Assembly (NCBI RefSeq): GCF_009914755.1
Contig: NC_060927.1
Origin: the human T2T-CHM13v2.0 reference genome, Homo sapiens
Reading direction: 5' to 3' (one strand)
DNA: 64,000 bases
Shown in pieces: positions 56,951 through 64,000 of this stretch (positions within the stretch are counted from its first letter, which is position 1; the number at the start of each line of letters is the position of its first letter). The notes under the pieces were generated by a model, which saw only the letters and a program-made list of their open reading frames with translations, was not told the origin of the DNA and searched no databases. A program made the position numbers and the translations under genes.

Positions 56951-59681
56951 ACATAATCCCCTGCCGAATCAAATTTATATCCCTACATGATCAGCAGATC
57001 ACTGAGGATGGGCATGCACGTTACAGTTAACAACCATGTGAAGGGAGGTGAAGGGGTGCTTTGCAGCTCTAGCAGGTTCATTTGCTCATGGTGTTTTAAT
57101 TTTTCTTCTTTCTCACTTTCTTAAGGAGCTTCCATATTTTCTGACCTTTCACTGTTTCTGATCACTTTTCATGACAGTACTGGCAGGGCTCTGTCAGAGG
57201 CTCACCCAAATACTGACAAACAGGGAATATTTTCCCAGGAAATGTTGGATTTTGCTGGTCATTACTTTAGTCGACTACAACCATTTCGATAGGGACACAA
57301 ACTCACATATACCTAGTGTGAGGGTCTTTCCCATGGTGCTTCTCACTGGGTTTCTCCACAAGGCATAATGTCTTGGAATAGGGGCCTATGTGTGCACAGT
57401 GTCACTGTGATCTGCTCACCCATATCTCTCCCTTCACCCTACGCCTCTTCCATCTCCAAGAGGGCATCCTGCCAAACTGGGTGCTAGATCCGGTACATTC
57501 TTATTGTCTCCACCTTGAGGAAACTTTTTACCTTACCCTAACTTAACACCAGTTTTAACCCTCAAGGCTGTATAGAACAATGTTATCCCTTTCCTAAATA
57601 GCCAGCCCTTCAAATACTTATATAGAGTCATCATGGTCTCCTTGAGTCTTTACTTTCCCAGCCAATATCCCCAGTTCTTTCAATCATTATTCATATGACA
57701 TGGTTATGAATTCCTCTACCATACCAGTTGTTTTAAGAACCACATGATTTTTAAGAGGGTGTGTGGGAGTGGGGATTTTGTGACTCCCTAGGTAGATTTC
57801 TGGCATCACAACAACACCGTTCTTCTCCTGGAATTTCCATGATTCATAGATCACCATATGGCATTCTGTTTGGGGAAAATAACTTGCTACATCAAGTCTC
57901 ACTTGCAGGGTTTATCTGGTTTTCCAGAGGTACGTGCACATGAGTAGAAACTTTGGGGAGTTGTGCATGCACCTGAAATTCTAACTATTTCACTTGGGTC
58001 AGGTTAACCCCATTTTGGAGCTGCTGGCGGGGATTTTTGTCTTTTTTTTTTTTCAATGAAATGGCAAAACAGCCTCTTTCTATCTAAATGAGCTCATTAT
58101 TTTTCATCTGTGCTATTTCTTACAGTGGTGTCTAAAAAACAATCCAAAAGTTTGATCCATTTAGTGAAATCTTACATGGAGTATGACAATGGATATTTAT
58201 CTAATGGGGTCTTAATAAAAAAATAGTATATTTGTTACTAACTAGTAAGAATCAGTCAGCATGACATTATAACATTGGCAGTGTGTTGTATTATTACGCC
58301 TTGAGCAATTGTCTTGATAGTTAATGAATAGAGTATTAACTATCTTCCTGTTTATACTCTATAATATAGTAATATATAAGCTATAATAATTTTTCTGAGC
58401 AGACTGGGAAAGAAAGTCTCATTTGGTATCCCTACTAAAGGGGATGGTATAGGTGAGGTGAGGTAGAAGTGGATGAGGTGGGGGGTAAGGAAAAGGTCAC
58501 TGAAAGAAACATAACCCCCACTTCATAGCACTCTGGCCTTGGATTCATGCAATAGTTCAAGATGATTTGTGTTTTATATGTTCTGAATTATAAAAAGGTG
58601 AAAAATGTTTCAGGAACTTGGTTACTAGTTTTCTCTGTCAGCATATTTGAAATTATATTTTTAGATGTCCCAAACATTCAGATTGGATTTAGGTTTCTTA
58701 ATAAGGACACACTAGGCTGGAGTTTACCTTTACATTTAGCGTTAGAATTGCACACTGGTTATCCTATAAATGTATCAAGAAGGTAATTTTAAAATATAAA
58801 ACCTTTTAACAGCTTTAGCTTATGTTGGAAACATGTGATCTCAATGAAAAGTGTAAAAAAGCAGCCTGCCAGATGTTTTGACTACATGGTGTATCACATC
58901 TTAATGTTTCCAGGATTGGCAGTGGTAATACTAGAGATTCAAAATTGTAGAGTTAACAAGTTGTGTTTTAACCTTTTCTTATTCTTTACTTTAAAAAATG
59001 TTTTATAATAAAAACATTTATATGATGAAATTTTTACTTTCAAACACGTTTTTAGGAGGAATATTTATAAACCACAAATAAAATCTACAAAGACTATATT
59101 GTGTTTCTTATAGTAAGTATATAAACTATTGGCCAGTATGGCTGGGGAATGAGATTTTCAGATTAATCAAGTATTCTGCTAATGCATACCACAACTATTA
59201 TAACTTTCAAGTGTTAAAAGCTCAACACTACATCCATACCAAACATGATTTGCATGTGAATATACAGGAAGACACTTCAGAATCTTGCTGGAGCTTGTGT
59301 CATAATTTTGATCAACAGCTTAAATGTACATGAATTTGCTTCAACAGAGTTCTAGTTAATATTTCATCATACTTATGCTCATCATTACCTATAAGATGAC
59401 ATTTGAGGAAGAAGACCAGGTGCCACTTGAACTGAGATAACAAAGGGGGAGAGGAAGGCAGCAGCAACCACTGACCAAAACAACACAACAAACCCCAGCA
59501 CTGCTCACTCTCCTGAAAATGCCACCCCCGTTCCAACTCTAAACTAATCTCAAAGACTCGCCTCTGAAAATGTGTGTATGTGTGTGCGTGCAGGTGGTTT
59601 ATTGCTATTAGTCATATCTTTGCTAGCAGTTAATGCCTTAGCAAAGGGTTAAGAAAGAAAGAACACAGGATGGAAAAGGGT

Positions 59682-60081
<400 letters not shown>

Positions 60082-63000
60082 CTACTGTTTAGGGTATTGA
60101 AAACAACGTTCTACAGTCTTACCTTCAATTGGTTTCTTATGTATTTTGTTTCTAGTGAACCTAAATAAATCACCAGGGGCGAGATCTAATGTACTAACAT
60201 AACTTAAATTACCTAAGCTATTCCCCTTTGTAGAGATTTTAAGAAAAATCTTAAGTAAAGTCATATAGAAAAACAAATGCAAAACTCCCCTGGGGGAAAA
60301 CAAATGGCTACTTTTTGGGCTGTTAATAATCTTACAATTTTTGTCATTTAAATTTTCCTTAGTTTATGTCTTGTGAAGCTAGAGGGTGTGGAATGATTCC
60401 CCAGACAGCTTGAATAAGTCAAAAAGTCTGCTTTGAATGCCTAAAATAAAGATCAGTTACAATTACAAATAGATTTTTTGTTTGATTGCCTTCTGAAATA
60501 ACTTTCTTTTATTAAAAAAACCCATTGCTGTGGATTCTTCAATAACAATTCAAAAAATCTTAGTAGAAAATTGAAATTATATTTCTCTGTATTTATACCA
60601 CCCCAGAAATAAAACAGCTAGGTTAAGAACACATTGAGAGACATGTAATAATTTCCTCTAACTGGAAATGTTAACTCAAATGCACATAGGCAAATAATCA
60701 CCTCAGCCCTGAACATACAGAGGTATTGGTGGAATTAAGACCATAGGCCCTCAATGAGCAACAGAGTTTTGTCAGAACCGATGCTAAAGTATATTCAATC
60801 ATCATCAGTGCCCTTGGTCAAAAGAAAAAAATAAGTAAATCTAAAACAGTCACAAAAGAAGCAACCTTTGCTTCATTTACTGGGGTGACTAACTCCCCTT
60901 GGAAATAATTGGTAAGGCAGCTGGATAAAAACATAGCTCCAGGACCCTGCTCCTAAGAAATATACCTGCGGCTTTTACTATGAAACCAAGAAATATCTGT
61001 TACTCTATGCTCTATCTGTAATAGATGCCAACTTTTATTTTCTAATGAACTAGCAGAGCAAACCAAATGTGTGTTTTTAAAAGTCTGCGGTTTCTAAAAT
61101 GAATTCAGATTCTACCATAAACCAGATGAATTAGCCATATGTATGAGAATTAATAGACTTTATCTGCAAAATCATTAAGTTGCAAAAACAAAGGCACCAC
61201 AGGAGTTTTAAATTAGACTATTTTTAAGTCTTCCTGAGAACACCTGCCCCTACTTCAAACTGCTAATTTACAAAGCACTTTATTTTAAAGTCTCCTGGAT
61301 ACAGAAAAGAGAAGAATTAGAATGCATAGCAAAAGATTGCAAACATTTCTGTTTCACTCTTGTTTTAAGGTATCAGTCAAGTAACATTATGTTTCAAATT
61401 AACTCCAAAGCTGGCAGAAATGTTAGTAAATCTGCTTATCCCTGGTCCACTTTACCAAATATGGATTCAGATTTTAATCATACACATTTTGGAGTGTTTG
61501 GAATGTGTTTCTTCTTATCTGTGATTAGAGTCAGGTACACACAGGAAGATGATAGTATCTCTGATAAGGAAACGTTATTTTGTCCATAGGCTAAATAATA
61601 TTCTTTGGGGGAAGAGATATGAGTTTAAAATGTAAGCCAACAAGTATACTATAAATCAATCTGTCATAGGTATTTTTTTGTTGGGGGGAGCAGATGCCCA
61701 TTCAGATCATCATACTATTGAATAACTACTAAACGTACCTACTAAGGCCTCGGAAGTTTTATGCTTAACATTAATGGTTAATAGTAAGTAGGAAAAAAGT
61801 ATTATGCTCTGAAATTTTGGTGGATGTATTGATTACAGTCTTTATTTAGTAATGTTTTAATTTAAGCTTGGCAGCAAAGATTTGTGAGTTTTACTGCAAG
61901 TCATCATATTTGCTGTTACAGCAGTGCACAAGCAAAAGACATTAAGTTGGGAGAATATGCAGAGTCTTATATTTTGTTTATTCTTTCAAAGTGAAATTAA
62001 ACCCTCAGACATTGTTCCAGGCAACTCAAGTTTCAATAACATTCTCCTTTGAGATATTGAGAAAATTGAGTTAAAATTGTTTTTGGGTGCATGAATTTAC
62101 CATATTGTTGCTTCGATTCTTCATTCACAGTAACATATTTTTTAAGCAACAAAACAATACTGTGCAAAGTTTTTGTTAATTTCCCCTTAGTGGTCAATTG
62201 TCAATTTTGTGTAAATGAACAATTTTTTGAGGGTTGACTCTATTAAAATCTTCCTGTTTTACCCTTGTGAAGAAACTGTTTAAAAAACAGATAATATATA
62301 AAATTGTAAGTATCATTCTTGGGTGAAGGTGAAGCATAAAACTATAGTAATAATTCTTTGTTAATTTTTTCAGCAGTCATTATTTGAATTCTTCTATGTT
62401 ACTTAACTTTTCAATTGGTGTAGCTTTTATAAGAAACATGCAGATCACATTGATCATATATAATATTTAAAAATATACTTCATTCACTACTTTTTGTCTA
62501 TCAAATGTGATATAATCACATTAATAATTTTCAAAACAGGATGATGTTAGTCATACGGGAAATCTTTTGGAATTCTGGCACTGTATATTGAGAATTCTTA
62601 TAAAAATTGAGACTATGATGAAATATTGTGTTTTATTTAAAAATGGATTATAGTCCAAAAGAATTTCCCTAAGTTATGGAAATTAAATCTGGGTAGTACT
62701 AAGTCATAAATATAACAACATATTTATCTATTTCCAATTGCTCTAAAAGACACAGAAGCAAAATCCTCAGTATTCATAAATGTTATACACCAGGATAAAG
62801 GCATCACACATAATGATTGTATTTGACCATCTTTGGAATGGAAAGGAAGCCCAAACATCAAACCTGATGACTAAACGATTTAGGTGCGATAAAGAGTCCA
62901 GTTCATACTTTAGAAAGCTGAGTTAGTATTTTATTTTTCTCCCAAAGCATATATCTGCCTTTATAAGAACCAACCAACCGTATGAATGAGAACTGGAGTC

Positions 63001-63479
63001 AAGGTTAAAGTAATCTTGCCCAAGAGAGTAGAGTGTGTTTGCATCGGAAAGAAGCAGCGGCTCAGCTCAGATGAATATTAATAACAACCGGAGGCAGCAC
63101 CTCCCCTGAAAAACATTAGAGCTCCTTGGACATGTGTTTGAAATTCATCCTCCCAAGTCATCCTGTGACTATTGGAGTAGATGGCAATGTCCCATAATGT
63201 GAAGGGGGAAAATACACTATAAATCGTTTTTTAAATATAACACTTTAAAAAATGAAACGAAAGTGACAGAGTGTTCTAAGTCAAGCAACCTTTTCAGATG
63301 GTAAAGGAAAAGCTTTGTCTTTCCTATTATTGTTTGCCCTTCAGTTGACATACATGCTGAGATGCATCAATAGGATTACAACGGAAACACGGTCATCTCT
63401 AGGGTTTCCTCTGTTTCGATTCCTTGATCCTGTTTAAAGAAACAGGCTCAGGGAATGCACAGAAAACAAACTTCCCCAA

Positions 63480-64000
63480 TCGAAGTTCTGAGGTCTTCCC
63501 TCCCCTTCTCCCACCTTCGGAAACCGGTCTAGTTTTCCCGGCAGCACCGGACAGAAATGTCACGGTCATGTTGCATCACTTCACTTGTTGAGCTGTGCGA
63601 AGGCAGCACTTGACCACAGAAACTTGGTGAACCGCCTTGCTCTTAAATTAGCCCCCAAGAATTCTCTCCAGCCCTATAGAAATGTCTTACCTGCATGTGT
63701 CCCTGGTACATTCTGCTTCGGTTTCTTCAGGGCTCCCTGAGGCCACCGGATGCTTTTCCCCCGTGCTTACTTGCCCACCAAAAGAGGGGAAAAGGTGGGT
63801 GCACAGCGGGTTCTCAGAGGGTGCTCCTGAGCCCCCTGGAGCTCCGGGTACTCGGCCGGCCGGCGGCCACTCGGCAGCGCTGCGGGCTGCCGGGAACTGT
63901 TCTCCGCTCGGGGTGCTGAAAGCGGACGCGGGAGAGCGCGCAGAGAAGGCGAGGAGCCGGGTCGGCCAGGCTCTCCTGCAGGCGCGGGTCCTGCTCGCGG
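63480..64000 (-). promoter_or_regulatory. PEX5L: CpG island / exon 1a 5' UTR and promoter edge
   Basis: Sharp rise in GC and CpG density from about 63500, strongest at 63840-64000. No upstream ATG on the minus strand between 63712 and 64000. Confidence 0.85.
63691..63711 (-). CDS. PEX5L: PEX5L/TRIP8b first coding exon 1a (coding part, 7 codons)
   Basis: Minus strand agaATGTACCAGGGACACATGCAG|GTAAGA = MYQGHMQ, the canonical PEX5L N-terminus; A at -3, strong phase-0 donor. Confidence 0.95.

Noticed and set aside
63695-63919. 74-aa plus-strand ORF in the CpG island
   Set aside because: Antisense to exon 1a; GC-rich DNA is stop-poor, and there is no supporting homology.

Overview
Human-type (primate) genomic DNA, AT-rich and Alu-rich, covering almost the whole first intron of PEX5L (TRIP8b, the HCN-channel auxiliary subunit) on the minus strand. 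Two recognisable alternative first coding exons bracket the window: exon 1a (MYQGHMQ, 63691-63711, in a CpG island) and exon 1b (MSDSEMDGRTHIPSLLNALLSRNRVMQMSYL, 264-356). Both end at phase-0 GT donors; exon 2 lies outside the window, beyond position 1. The intron holds a decayed full-length HERV-L provirus with MLT2A1-type LTRs (antisense to the gene, no target-site duplication) and a full-length THE1C MaLR (sense to the gene, TSD TCTTG). It also holds many Alus, DNA-transposon relics (Charlie1, MER2, MER5, MER20, MER91), L1/L2/L3 fragments, a 39-bp x3 tandem repeat and several inverted-repeat scars. I found no new protein-coding system; nearly all listed ORFs are repeat-derived or chance. 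The best new hypotheses are regulatory. (i) The THE1C 5' LTR keeps a DUX4-type motif, a GTAAGT donor and an in-frame ATG, so it could be a further PEX5L first exon. (ii) The THE1C 3' LTR has a consensus donor defining a 35-nt frameshifting cryptic exon. (iii) A SOX-site cluster lies upstream of exon 1b. (iv) A candidate first exon with tandem donors and CRX/OTX2-type motifs lies about 0.8 kb upstream of exon 1b. Gene and repeat names come from recall, not database searches, and old-repeat boundaries are approximate.
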